A stretch of DNA of 64,000 nucleotides, from the NCBI RefSeq assembly GCF_001194135.2, contig NC_068981.1, forward strand, positions 32,840,914 to 32,904,913, written 5' to 3'. Source of the DNA: Octopus bimaculoides. Lineage: Eukaryota. Shown piece by piece: positions 13,150 to 26,789 of this stretch (positions are counted from its first letter, which is position 1; each line of letters starts with the position of its first letter). Under the pieces are notes generated by a model. It ran no database searches. It was given only the letters and a program-made list of their open reading frames with translations, and was not told the origin of the DNA. A program made the position numbers and the translations under genes.

Positions 13150-14945
13150 TTGAGAAACTGGGATTCCCAAAACCAAGCAATTTATGGCTAAAGAGGAAAA
13201 TACAATGACAAGGAATTAATGGAACTGTGGAAATACGTAAGATATTCCAAACGTTTAAACATCTGTCAAATGACCAAAGAGGCATTAGTAGATTATACTA
13301 CATTAATGGGGTTTGGTCCGATCGCAGCATGTACAAAAATTAAATATATCCTTAAGAAATAGCCTATATACATACATTCAACTAGCAAAGAGTATATCGC
13401 AAGGGGTTATGAAATATCATCTTATGAGATAGCATTGTAGAAGTCTGCTGAAAGTATATCTAGACTAAAACGCGTTTGATTGTACCCCTTATTTTTGGAT
13501 AGTGGAATCACTGCACCTTGCTAGTGTCTTCTAATAGTCGGTGCTGTCAGACGACCAGCTATAAAATGATCAACAAAGTATCAAAAGCTGAAGAAACTTT
13601 TAGAGAAAAGAGTAAAATTAATTCCACGCATATATTATACCGATGACTTGAAACTTTATAAGGTAATAGTCACGCCGTCGAGGCATTTAGAGCTGATCCC
13701 CACATTCTCATGAGATACAGGAATGCAGATGCGTTAAGATAAATGTTCTTATTCGGGTGTCAATCGAGAGAAGATCATTGACCTGATGAGGATTATGGCA
13801 TGCCTATCAATGGCATGCCTATCAATGGCATGCCTATCTCCTTTAACTCCAAAAACTGAATACCACAAATCTCTCGGAATTGATCAAAATGAAGATGTGA
13901 CGCTAAGTAAAGTGACAAAATGCGGCAGACGACTTCGGAAGGTGTGAAAGTCAGAACAGTCCGCATTCAATAAGACGATAATCCAATGACTCGTCTTGTC
14001 AGTGCCAATGCTTGAACCAAAATTTGAGATACTAGAATGTCTTTTTGAAAGTGATCTGCGGTTTAGACAACAATATTAGGAAGATATTAACCATCACCAG
14101 TAATTCCACATCAAAGGTGACAATAACAGGAGAAATAGAGAGTGGGACTTCGTATCACATACAATTGAACAGCGAAAGGGAAAACTCTCCAGTTAAAAAT
14201 GATACAATGAAAGAGGGGTAAAAAATCGAAAACCTTGGGGAGAAATACAAAGCATATCAGAAGAAGTTTACGCTTATGAATATAACTCGCAAGCTAGCGG
14301 ATAATTATAACGTCGAAAGAAAGAGTAAGTCTCTGAGATCTGTAACAGATACATCTGACCATCATATTATGACAGAAAATGTTGATTGCGTAACGTCAGT
14401 GTGAAAGATATCCATTTCATCGGAAGGTGCCAAAAAAATGCCTGCAACGTACTTGCGGTAGAGTCAAATACGTTTATACTTTAGACATATGTACTACCTA
14501 GGACATCGTTGCTAAAATTATTTACAATGGAAGGATTGGTCGCAGTTATAGCAAAGGTACACAAGGGTCATACTGTTGGAACGTGCCAATAAAAACAACA
14601 ATCCGGTGCAAAAATAAGCCTGATATTGTTCTATGAGACAGGGAACAAGATCATACATAGCTAAAGAAAGTGTATGATGGAGTATTCGCATCTTTCAGTG
14701 GATGTGAGCATCTGATCCAAACTTGTGGAAAACTATGATAAACTAATGCGTAACATCTCTCGTATTCTGGTTATTTATTTTCATTTGCAGCAATCATTAT
14801 AGGTGCAATGAACTGTGTAACAAGAGATTTACATAAAAAGCTGGAAATGCAGGATTTTTCAGGGAAGAACAGACTCGCATGAGTTTAAATCCAGTCGATT
14901 AGCGATCCAGCGGAGATTTTTAAACATTCTAAAGATTTTATATTT
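13150..14945 (+). mobile_element. Decayed non-LTR retrotransposon of an RLE-bearing clade (R4/NeSL-like)
   Basis: HILYTDDLKLY (YxDD reverse transcriptase motif) near 13630-13660, RRLRKV*KSE, NNIRKILTIT, and a C-terminal IIIGAMNCVT...IQSIS segment homologous to the copy at 44630-45420. Boundaries approximate. Confidence 0.72.
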
Positions 14946-16851
14946 GAGTTTCCTGGACCAAACATATACACAATCACGTGTATGCATATAGATAGACACA
15001 CAAATGTACAATAAGCAATTACGCAGAGTCGCATTCAACAGAAGATGTATCCATTATATGAGTGCAAGTATATCTACATATACACCCAAATCTGTACTCA
15101 TTTAACTGATTCACATATAGTAAATCTGTTTGACTGCCTTGACTTTATGAAGCATCGCCACAGACAGTAACTGGATTGAATTCTGCAAAGAACGTAAATA
15201 ACTCGCACAGAAAAGCAAATATACATATATACATATATACATGCATACATATATTTCCGCATGCACACACACACACATATATACATACATTCATACATAG
15301 ATGCATACATTCATACATACATACATACATACATACAAACATACATACATACATACATACATACATATCAGAATTATTATATGCTATATTATATTTTGCT
15401 TCGAACAAAGAAGCTCGAAATAGAATTTTTTTTTTTTTTTTTTTTCAAAAAAAGAAACAAGTTTGAAATGCCTCACTCACATAAGTAAAAATAATAAGAG
15501 GAAAGCAAAAGATAATTAAGTAGAAAAATAATTGATGTTGTCTTCAAATCAGAACAACAAATATTAACCACATTTCGTCTTTGATGTAGTTGAGGATTAG
15601 TACCAGTTGTCGGAAGATAAACGTTCATGTGTAAAGTCAGTAGGCATTATCAATGGAGAACAAAGAAAACGTACTTGACTTTTGTTCATATTTTTTCTTC
15701 TCTCTACCGACTATTCGCACTTGCTATCCGTTTCTTTCTTCTCTTCTCTTTGTGTCTCTGTATCTCTCTCTCTCACTCTCTCTCCCTCTATATCTCTGTT
15801 TCTCTCTATCTCTCTCTCTCTCTTTCTCAAATACATACATATATTATGCATGCATTATATATATATACAAATATATCATTTATATGATATATATATATCG
15901 TTAATACACATATAAGTGTATATAAAAATGTGTGCATGTATATATATACACACATATATATATATACATATTGCACACAGATATATTTGTTTATACATAT
16001 ATATGTACTTTTGTGTACATACAATCACACACACATATATACATATATTTAGACGTGTGTATTTATATATATATATATACATATTCATGTATACACGTGT
16101 GTGTATATGTATACATATATACATATAGATGCGTGTGTGTTTGTATTTATGTATACATACATACATACATACATACATACATACATGCCTGTCAGTCTCA
16201 TTCCATTGTCATTGTTTTTTCATTGAACATCTTATTCTACTTTTTTTCTATCGATGTTTTTACATCCATTCTCTCACACTCTCTTTCACAAACTCTTTCT
16301 CTGACAAGAATTTCACAGATATCAGACTCAAAAGTCAAGATAAGCATCAGTTACCGAACTTACATGAAAGCTTTTGTCCTTCCCGTGTTGACTTTTTTTG
16401 TATATGTGATTTGTGTGCTTGTTTCTCTAAGTATTCAAGATGATTACACGTTTTAGAAACAACATCTAATACGAAAGGAGTATATGACTATTTGAAAAGA
16501 AAACAAAACTAAACTGCTTACCAAAAGTAAATAAAGGGCGATTGCGTATGCATATATAAATGTGAGCGTGAGTCTTTGTGTGTGTTTGAAAAAGAGAGGA
16601 CGTGTGTGTGTGTGTGTGTGCGTGTGTGTGTGTGAAGGAGAAACTGGGCGCATATATGAATATGTGTATACGTGTATGCGTATGTTAGTACGTGTTGAGG
16701 TGCAAGAGAAAGATAGAGACTACGCAAGAAATAAGGTAAGGTGAAAGAATGAACCAGTGTATAAGAATAGATATGTGGATGAGAATATATGCTGTAAATA
16801 ACTTTATATGTACCTGTGTGAGTATGCGCATTACTTGTTTGTGTGTGTGTG

Positions 16852-16902
<51 letters not shown>

Positions 16903-17949
16903 TATATCATATCATATCGTATACACACACATACATACATACGTGCACACAAATACACACATACAATACAGTATTATAGATCCGTTTCAGTAGATTTTTC
17001 TAATCGGTTTCGCACACGAGCTAGAGAAAAACATTCAATCCCGGCGCTCGTCATGGCTGATAAGAAGGTTTTGGTGACGAATCTCTGTAGTGGAAGTCAA
17101 GAAGTGTTATGCCTGGTTTGTGTGCGTTGTTAAAACCCGGAACGAGAAAATGCCCACGAAAGATATTCCGACATTTATCTTGAGTTATACTCCTTGCACA
17201 AGAATGAAAGTGTGTCCATTGAGTAAGTGGTAACTGCCAGTAAAGTGAGAGTGGAGCTCGGATGCAATATGCAGTTGACTTGTGTGCAGAGGACGAGATA
17301 AAAAGTGGAGGAAGGTAGAGATGTCAATCTTAAATTCTGTTTGGTAAGAAGCTTGCTTCCCAACCACATGGTGCCGGGTTCAGTCCTACAGCGTGGCACT
17401 TGAGCAAGTGTCTTCTACTTTAGCCTCGGGTCGACCAAAGCCTTGTGAGTGGATTTGGTAGACAGAAACTGGAAGAAGCCCGTCGTGTATATATATATAT
17501 ATATATATATNNNNNNNNNNNNNNNNNNNNNNNNNNNNNNNNNNNNNNNNNNNNNNNNNNNNNNNNNNNNNNNNNNNNNNNNNNNNNNNNNNNNNNNNNN
17601 NNNNNNNNNNNNNNNNNNNNNNNNNNNNNNNNNNNNNNNNNNNNNNNNNNNNNNNNNNNNNNNNNNNNNNNNNNNNNNNNNNNNNNNNNNNNNNNNNNNN
17701 NNNNNNNNNNNNNNNNNNNNNNNNNNNNNNNNNNNNNNNNNNNNNNNNNNNNNNNNNNNNNNNNNNNNNNNNNNNNNNNNNNNNNNNNNNNNNNNNNNNN
17801 NNNNNNNNNNNNNNNNNNNNNNNNNNNNNNNNNNNNNNNNNNNNNNNNNNNNNNNNNNNNNNNNNNNNNNNNNNNNNNNNNNNNNNNNNNNNNNNNNNNN
17901 NNNNNNNNNNNNNNNNNNNNNNNNNNNNNNNNNNNNNNNNNNNNNNNNN

Positions 17950-17981
<32 letters not shown>

Positions 17982-18478
17982 TCTCTCCCTCTCCCTCCTT
18001 TTCTCTCTCTTTCTCTCTTTGTTTCTCTTTATCTCTGTATCATAAATATCTCAGCTCTTTTACCGTTCATGGAAACTAATTTTATATGTGCTTGTGTTGT
18101 TGTTTTTGCTGTTGCTGTCCAGTAGACCTCTATTCCAGACTATATTACTTATATAGAATGTTTTGAAGACGTGGGTGTTATTTCGAGCGGACCAAGAGAA
18201 TACGTTCAGCTTCTTTAATTGGCTTGTGTGCCTGAATATGTATGTTATTAATTATTTGAATTCTACCGAAATAGAAAGAGCTAGTTTCTCACAAAGAAAC
18301 AGAATCCCATTGCTGGAACTTAGATGACAATAACGGCTAACTACCGGACATTAGTTAAAAAAAAGAAAGTTTTGCTTAAAGATTATATTTGCGAAATGCG
18401 TGTTAACTGGTTATTTTCTTCCTCTAAAACCCTAACTCTGTGAGATTATCACTTTGACTTTCATTATTATAGCCGAAT

Positions 18479-18669
18479 ATGAAGACGGCCAGCTAACAGA
18501 ATCGTTAGCACGCTGGACAAATGCTAAGCGTTATTTTGCCCGTCGTTACGTTCTGAGTTCAAATTCTGCCGAGGTCGACTTTGCCTTCCATCCTTTTGGG
18601 GTTGGTAAAATTAGTAATCGACTCATTCTCACCTCCACTAAGCTGCCCTTGTGGCAAACATTTGAAATA
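18479..18669 (+). mobile_element. SINE family C with 16-bp flanking direct repeat
   Basis: ctaacagaatcgttagc...gagttcaaattc (B box) ...gccttccatccttttgggg; attattatagccgaat at 18463-18478 and 18670-18685. Confidence 0.85.
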
Positions 18670-19939
18670 ATTATTATAGCCGAATGTGTATTTCTCCTGT
18701 TGCTGTGTTCTGAGTTCAAATTCCGCCGAGGTATTCGGGTTCGATAAATCAAGTACTAGTGAAACATTGGAGTCGATGTAACCGACTAGTCCCTTCCCTA
18801 AAAATTTCAGGTTTTGTGCCTATAGTAGAATAGCTTGGCCGCATTCGAGAAAGGCAGAACACTCAATGAAAGATTCCATGATGAAATGAAAGTATGTCCG
18901 TGTGGTTGATAAGCCCTCTTAAGATCTGCTGCAAAAGTCACCCATCTGTGGAAAAAAGTGTAGGTCTCAAGCAGCACTGAAAACCCACAACTGTGCTGTT
19001 CATATTTCAGAGAACAATCAAGCGATGGCTTTGCTCGAAACCGATTTTCAACCATCATCTATGTATTTTCTTTCTTTTTATTTATGAATATTCTTTGTAC
19101 AAGGAAAGAACTGGTGTGTATGTATGTATGTATGTATGTATGTAGGGGGCGTATTACTAACTAATCTTTTAAAAAACTATCTACCAAAATGAGATTTGGA
19201 CTTGGATCGTAAAGATCCAACGCATCACCACAGCGCTTTTGTTCGTGGTGTTGTGACAATTTTTGCCGTTAACTTTTATTTCGCGGGGTTAATATCGAAA
19301 ATGATGGTGATGGCTTAATTTAGTTAAGATGAACGGCTGAAAGAGAAAGCAATAAACGACTAGAATCCAATAGATATTCACTGTTATATTTTGAATTGGT
19401 TGGGGTTTGCTGAATCAGTATATTTATGATCAAATGCTGTCTTAACTGTGTATCTAGGACTCTGTTGTCTTATGTGTCCTTCATTTCTGAAGATGATGGA
19501 TTGTGATGTTAAGAAAATTTGGATGCTATTTCTAACAGATTGAACGACCATATAGAAGCCTATTTCTCGGTTCGACGCTCTATTATAGGATAAGGCTGAG
19601 GAGAGGAATTCGATTAAGCATAGAAATGAAAAGAAGCCGTACAACACTTTACGTCGCTAATAATCTTGAAAAAATAGCTGAACATTACAGTTTTATATTT
19701 CCTAACCAGTTCTTGCTAATCTACAAACTGTAGGCAGTTCAAATTCTGGCTCTTCTTAGCAAGTCATGTTCACAAACTTGGTTTCGTATCGCTAGTTGGA
19801 TAGCAATGTACAGTATTCGTTATTTCTGAGAAAATAAAGTTGAGACTGTATCTGCTACAACGTTATGATTATATCCATGCGATATCAGGACCGATTAGAC
19901 TTACACAACAGCAATAACAATATCAGCTTCACTTAAACC

Positions 19940-20170
19940 AAGCCACGATGGTGCCTCTATGTAGTCACTCGACCTGCCAAAAAGAATCATCCAAATTTCG
20001 CACAGAAATGCACCCAACCGTCTTTAAAAAAAAAAATGAGGAACGCATCGGATACTATGGCTCTATGTGTTCACTATGTTTGAAGACAAAAAAAAAATAA
20101 AGGATGATCACGGCTGGAATGCGTTTAATCATACATTTGCTCGATTAGAGCTGACCTGGAGCTATATACA
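19940..20170 (+). repeat. Unclassified dispersed repeat family G
   Basis: cactcgacctgc...ggatgatcacggctggaatg...gctcgattagagctgacctggagcta; similar segments at about 34415-34615, 36020-36200, 42280-42460, 61835-62015 and inverted at about 7270-7350 and 45660-45810. Confidence 0.7.
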
Positions 20171-20348
20171 ATGATGACTTTACTTGCATCGCTAATGCAT
20201 TTTTACCATTTTTTTTAGTTTCTTTTCTTTCTTTTCATTTTTTTTTTTTTTTTTTGACATGAGAGTTTAGATAGATGTCACAATCTCCTATTTTCTCATA
20301 TTTTCAGGTTTCATGCCGATATGAGAAACATTTTTACTATTCCTATTA

Positions 20349-20399
<51 letters not shown>

Positions 20400-20776
20400 G
20401 CTAGAAAAATAAATATTACTAGTTGATATATCGATATAAAAAAACTGTTTGGGGGTATTTTTCTTCCTTTCATTCTGTATTTTATATTACTCTGTTGTTT
20501 GCATGATGTTCTAATAACTGGCACAACAATAATAAAAAAATAATAATAATATATAAAAATAAAACCTAAAAGAATAACATGAAAATAACAGTAACGCGGC
20601 TAAAGAAGAAAAACAATTCTGATATAGATTGTCAGGAGGATTTGGTATTTTCTCATCTCTAAAGCCAGTTTATTAAAGGAAGCACGCTATACCATTCTTA
20701 TTCTGTGTTTCATAGAGCGATTTCTTAAACAACATTTTTATACTTCTTTAATTGATATTAAATACATACGTACATG

Positions 20777-20828
<52 letters not shown>

Positions 20829-21134
20829 TTCAGACATTGGTGTATATGTGATATTATATTATGAGTAAGTGTATATATAAGTATGACTGAGAAAATAGAA
20901 ATTCAATAAATCACCAGTATTATTGAGGAGCTGCCGAGGAAAAACATAAATATTGTCCGAGTAAAAAAAAAATGAAAGAAAACAAAAGAAAATATATATA
21001 TGTATGTGCGCATATAGTATAGGTATGTATTTGTGTGTGTATAGGTGCATTAGTAATTATGTATATATGCGTATGAGTGTGTGTGTATATATTTAGGAAC
21101 AGTGTATTAGGTTGTGCGCTCGCGCCTACATGTA

Positions 21135-21184
<50 letters not shown>

Positions 21185-21675
21185 CTATGTCTACTGTTTC
21201 AATGATGACGATTTCCACAGAGCAAAGAGGTTAGCTCCCGCTGACCCGAATCAACGATGCGGTTATGATTTTCAGCTGAAGCCAATTCACAGAAAATTGT
21301 CTTCTTACTAAAAACATGAAAATAACACGATATTATAGAAAATTTGGAGAGTAAAAAGCTTAGTAAGAAATCGTTAATTTACGCTGCTTACTTTGTTATT
21401 TTTTTTATTATTTATATTCATAATCTGAGTTTCGTGTTCGAATCCTGCCACTGTTGACTGTTGCAAAGGAGAATATCTGTGGTATTTTAGAACCGATTCT
21501 GCTGTGTGTAACCCCTTCAAGAGCTGAGATCTTTGCATAGAACCATTTATTTAACTGAGGTTTCCTTTTGGTGCTACTCTGAGTATTCGGTTTGGTGATG
21601 GCGTGACACATGCGCCATCTTCGAACAAATTAATAAATTCTACATGTATTGTGTCACTTTCATTTATAAATCCAA

Positions 21676-21737
<62 letters not shown>

Positions 21738-22179
21738 NNNNNNNNNNNNNNNNNNNNNNNNNNNNNNNNNNNNNNNNNNNNNNNNNNNNNNNNNNNNNNN
21801 NNNNNNNNNNNNNNNNNNNNNNNNNNNNNNNNNNNNNNNNNNNNNNNNNNNNNNNNNNNNNNNNNNNNNNNNNNNNNNNNNNNNNNNNNNNNNNNNNNNN
21901 NNNNNNNNNNNNNNNNNNNNNNNNNNNNNNNNNNNNNNNNNNNNNNNNNNNNNNNNNNNNNNNNNNNNNNNNNNNNNNNNNNNNNNNNNNNNNNNNNNNN
22001 NNNNNNNNNNNNNNNNNNNNNNNNNNNNNNNNNNNNNNNNNNNNNNNNNNNNNNNNNNNNNNNNNNNNNNNNNNNNNNNNNNNNNNNNNNNNNNNNNNNN
22101 NNNNNNNNNNNNNNNNNNNNNNNNNNNNNNNNNNNNNNNNNNNNNNNNNNNNNNNNNNNNNNNNNNNNNNNNNNNNNAA

Positions 22180-22495
22180 CTAGTACTTAATTTATCGACC
22201 CCGAAAGGATGAAAGGCAAAGTCGACCTCGGCAGAATTTGAACTCAGAACGTAGCGGCAGACGAAATACCTATTTCGTTATTGCCCACAAGGGGCTAGAC
22301 ATAGAGGGAACAAACAAGAACAGACGAACGGATTAAGTCGATTACATCGACCCCAGTGCGTAACTGGTACTTAATTTATCGACCCCGAAAGGATGAATTT
22401 GAACTCGGCGGAATTTGAACTCAGAACGTAACGGCAGACGAAATACCGCTAAGCATTTCGCCCGGCGTGCTAACGATTCTGCCAGCTCGCCGCCT
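22180..22495 (-). mobile_element. SINE family C, two tandem segments
   Basis: Reverse complement of ggcggcgagctggcagaatcgttagc...gagttcaaattccgccgaggtcgactttgcctttcatcctttcggggtcgataaattaagtacc. The central domain recalls the MetaSINE-type conserved core (inference). Another fragment at about 6048-6150. Confidence 0.88.
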
Positions 22496-22760
22496 CCGAA
22501 CAGTGAAATACATCATCGAATGGTGTTCCTTATATAAGTTTCGATTCTTGCTTGAAGTTACTTTCATTTTATATCGTACATCTCAGTGAGAAAGACTCAA
22601 GCATAACGGTTTCTATTTAAGCCTAGTTTTACGCTTTATGCCTAGTCTTTCTCTCGTACGGTAATTAGTCTTGAGTCGGCTTTGATACAGCATATCGCTT
22701 AGTGCTCTGTTTGTTGATTAAGATGGAAGGTAAAAGTCAACTCCAGCGAGTTTGAACACG

Positions 22761-23164
22761 GGCTGTATGGTAGGTAGCTTGCTTACCAGCCACATGGTTC
22801 TGGGTTCAGTCCCACTGCATGGCATCTTGGGCAAGTGTCTTCTACTATAGCCTCGGGCCCACCAAAGTCTTGTGAGTGGATTTGGTAGACGGAAACTGAA
22901 AGAAGCCCGTCGTATATATGTATATATATATATATATATATGTGCGTGTGTATTTGTGTGTCTGTGTTTGTCCCCCTAGCATTGCTTGACAACCGATGCT
23001 GGTGTGCTTATGTCCCCGTCACTTAGCGGTTCGGCAAAAGAGACTGATAGAATAAGTACTAGGCTTACAAAGAATAAGTCCCGGGGTCGATTTGCTCGAC
23101 TAAAGGTGGTGCTCCAGCATGGCCACAGTCAAATGACTGAAACAAGTAAAAGAGTAAAAGAGTA
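22761..23164 (+). mobile_element. SINE family A, full length
   Basis: Collinear and highly similar to 11142-11553 over the whole length. Confidence 0.92.
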
Positions 23165-23503
23165 ACTAATCTAAGCACTACTTTGTTATTCTTGTCGATG
23201 TGTTGCCTCAAACCGACAGACCTACGACCAAGTTTTGCCTGTGAAATGGTGGTGTATGAGACCTTATAAACACAAGTCACCGTTCTGTTTTATAATTTCA
23301 GGAATGCTACTGCATGTGAAGCATCTGCTTGTTCGGTATGGACTCCAACCATGGTTTTCTTTATCTTTGTTTTTCAGGTATAATGAATCTAAGACAACAG
23401 TGTACAGTATGAACTTCCTTTGATAAAAAGGAAGGTTATAAAATGAGGAAGATTTTATTGCTGCTTCTAGCAGATCATAAAAACATGTAATCAGAGTAGA
23501 CTA

Positions 23504-24297
23504 CCGTAAATCCTCGAGTATAGTCCACCCCTGAGTATAATACGCAGGGGATTTTTAGGGGGCTGTACCTCTGAAAAACCCAAACCTTGTGTATAATACG
23601 CACCCCTTCTCTAACTTGAGTCAAGGAGGTCTATATAACGTACTTGGTTTGTAAACATATATCCGGTAACGTCCTTTATTATTATTGTATATATAGCATA
23701 AATCAAACGTGTAGCTTTTTTGTGCACTTTGTTTGCAGAAAATAAAGAAATAACAGTAATAACGTCAGTGAAAAATGAATATTAAGTAAATTGCTTTTAC
23801 ATATTTACCACTATTACAAAAGCAAAAGCAAGAACATTTATTGAAATCCTTCAAATTCAACGTCACTTTCAGCATCAGATAACTGTTCTATTTGTTCCTC
23901 CGTAAACATGTCAGCATCATTGTAGTATAAATCTGTTATCGTCAGATTCATAGTCAACATCAGAAGATTCACTTTCATTTATTTCATCTTTCCATACTAC
24001 GTCATCCTGAGTACCATCCAGTACAGACGATATACAACACTTTTATTTTAATAGATGTTGCTTACTGCAAGTTATGAATGATTCTTTTATGACTTCATTG
24101 CTTTCAGGCTTAGCTTAAGGTATTTTCGCGCCCGACATCACAAAATGTGTCTGAATAAACATTGCCAAACAGCAAATAGAGACTCGGACATTGCTTAGAA
24201 AATATTTTTCATTTTTAACCTCGTATACAGTACGCACTAGGGATTTTGACCTTTAAATTTTGGGGGGAAAATGCGGATTATACTCGAGGATTTACGG
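23504..24297 (-). mobile_element. Internally deleted pogo/Tc2-type DNA transposon (794 bp)
   Basis: Perfect 19-bp TIRs ccgtaaatcctcgagtata (23504-23522; 24279-24297), TA on both sides. Internal remnant KCCISSVLDGTQDDVVWKDE...ESDVEFEGF matches the acidic C-terminus of pogo-superfamily transposases. Confidence 0.9.
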
Positions 24298-24861
24298 TAT
24301 CTGTAGAAAAGAACGATAAACTCTTTACTCCTCTCTATTCTACTCTTTCACATCAGCCTCATCGCTATCGAGGTTAGTTGTGGAGTGAAATACATATTTT
24401 ACACTTAAGTAAAATTAATTTCATGAATGTATATATTATTCGTATTGGGAGGATTTTCACCGAAAAAATATTAGCATATTTCATTTCTTTTCTTTTTTTT
24501 TTTCTTTTTTTTTCATGTCGGTCGGGGTTGGTTCCGAAGGGAGTAGCAGAAGAATGGAGTAACAGTTCGGGTAACGTTTCTTGAAGGGTTTTCGAGTTCT
24601 CCACTTGAATCTCGAATGCAAAATGTAAATTCCCAATGAGCAAACATAATGATGAAGATGACAGTAATATGATCCAAGGAATTCAACCGGCAGTCATGGC
24701 GACGAATACCAAAGTTATTCTGTGCGCATGAGAGAAAAAGAAACAGAAAGAGAGAGAAAGAAAGGGAAAGAAAGGAAGACAGAGCGAGAGAGAAAGACAG
24801 ACAGTGAGATTTTTCAACAAACAGACATGCGCAAATAATACATACATATATCTGTATAAAT

Positions 24862-24936
<75 letters not shown>

Positions 24937-24939
24937 TAC

Positions 24940-24986
<47 letters not shown>

Positions 24987-25412
24987 NNNNNNNNNNTGTA
25001 TGTATGTATGTATGTATGTATGTATGTATGTATGTATGTATGTATGTATGTATACGGGTGTGTTCAATAGCATATCTAAATATCTATTACATTGCTGTGA
25101 ATGAAATTACAGACCTCGGGACACAACATTCAGGAATATTTCTTCCCTCAAGGAAATTTTCCCTCTCCAACAGCCCTTCAAAGATTAAAAGACGAAATTA
25201 GTTGTCTTAAATTCACTAAAACCCTGTCATCTACATATTTTTTTCCTCTCTTTCTATCGTTCTCTATTTACGCCCACGAGGTGTCGTCTCTTGATTATAG
25301 CCCTTTTCCGCTGCCTTCTCTACGCCTGAAGGAACGAAAGGGCGGATACGTGTATACGCATGGTTGCAATTAACGCACGGTTGCCACTCACACACACGAA
25401 CACACGCACATA

Positions 25413-25453
<41 letters not shown>

Positions 25454-26299
25454 CACAAACATATACATTGTTGAATATGGTTGGCTGAGACAAATTCTGA
25501 AAGATAACTGCCGCGGAGAAAAATCCGAAAATAACATAAACAATTGTATAAAAAAAAAAAAGACAGAAAAGATGAGATATAAAGATGTTTGAGGGGAAAA
25601 AATATAGCAACGATATTTCTCGACAAATACAAAAAGAAAAGAGAAAGGTAACAGGAAAATAGCAGACCAAGCATTNNNNNNNNNNNNNNNNNNNNNNNNN
25701 NNNNNNNNNNNNNNNNNNNNNNNNNNNNNNNNNNNNNNNNNNNNNNNNNNNNNNNNNNNNNNNNNNNNNNNNNNNNNNNNNNNNNNNNNNNNNNNNNNNN
25801 NNNNNNNNNNNNNNNNNNNNNNNNNNNNNNNNNNNNNNNNNNNNNNNNNNNNNNNNNNNNNNNNNNNNNNNNNNNNNNNNNNNNNNNNNNNNNNNNNNNN
25901 NNNNNNNNNNNNNNNNNNNNNNNNNNNNNNNNNNNNNNNNNNNNNNNNNNNNNNNNNNNNNNNNNNNNNNNNNNNNNNNNNNNNNNNNNNNNNNNNNNNN
26001 NNNNNNNNNNNNNNNNNNNNNNNNNNNNNNNNNNNNNNNNNNNNNNNNNNNNNNNNNNNNNNNNNNNNNNNNNNNNNNNNNNNNNNNNNNNNNNNNNNNN
26101 NNNNNNNNNNNNNNNNNNNNNNNNNNNNNNNNNNNNNNNNNNNNNNNNNNNNNNNNNNNNNNNNNNNNNNNNNNNNNNNNNNNNNNNNNNNNNNNNNNNN
26201 NNNNNNNNNNNNNNNNNNNNNNNNNNNNNNNNNNNNNNNNNNNNNNNNNNNNNNNNNNNNNNNNNNNNNNNNNNNNNNNNNNNNNNNNNNNNNNNNNNN

Positions 26300-26367
<68 letters not shown>

Positions 26368-26789
26368 CTTTGAGTTTTATTTATGTTCTTAAGAGAGTTC
26401 AAGCCGGTCGCTAAAAAGCGATATGAATTTTTGAGTTAAGAGAATACTCAGTGTTTGTAGATATGTGGTTGGGTTGGTCTGTTGGTTGAACTATCGATGC
26501 ACACACCCAAGTGTGTGCATCTAGTCAGCTAAAGAATCTCGTATGGAGAATCTTTAGAATGTCTTATAAATCTTCCCTGCACCACTTACAGATTGGATTT
26601 GGAGAATTTGCATCAGTTTCTTTAGTACTTTTTCGAAAAACTTAGTATTTCTAGCTTTTTTGTATAAATTTGTAGGTACACACGTATGTATGTATGTATG
26701 TATGTATGAATGTATGTATGTGTGTGTGTGTATGTATAACTTTAATGAAGCTTGCTGTCTTTGTAGTATAACTCTTTAACTTGTATATT

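Noticed and set aside
13795-13838. Three tandem 15-bp units atggcatgcctatca
   Set aside because: No spacers, so not CRISPR-like; a local slippage duplication inside a retrotransposon relic.
17030-17230. CpG-containing segment with gtcATGG context (MADKKVLVTNL...) and a nearby GTAAGT
   Set aside because: Frame closes after 26 codons and no consistent exon chain or homology could be built.
24374-24911. Minus-strand ORFs after a strong pyrimidine tract (NNFGIRRHDCRL...)
   Set aside because: The pyrimidine tract is an (AG)-rich simple repeat; no recognisable protein and no matching donor.
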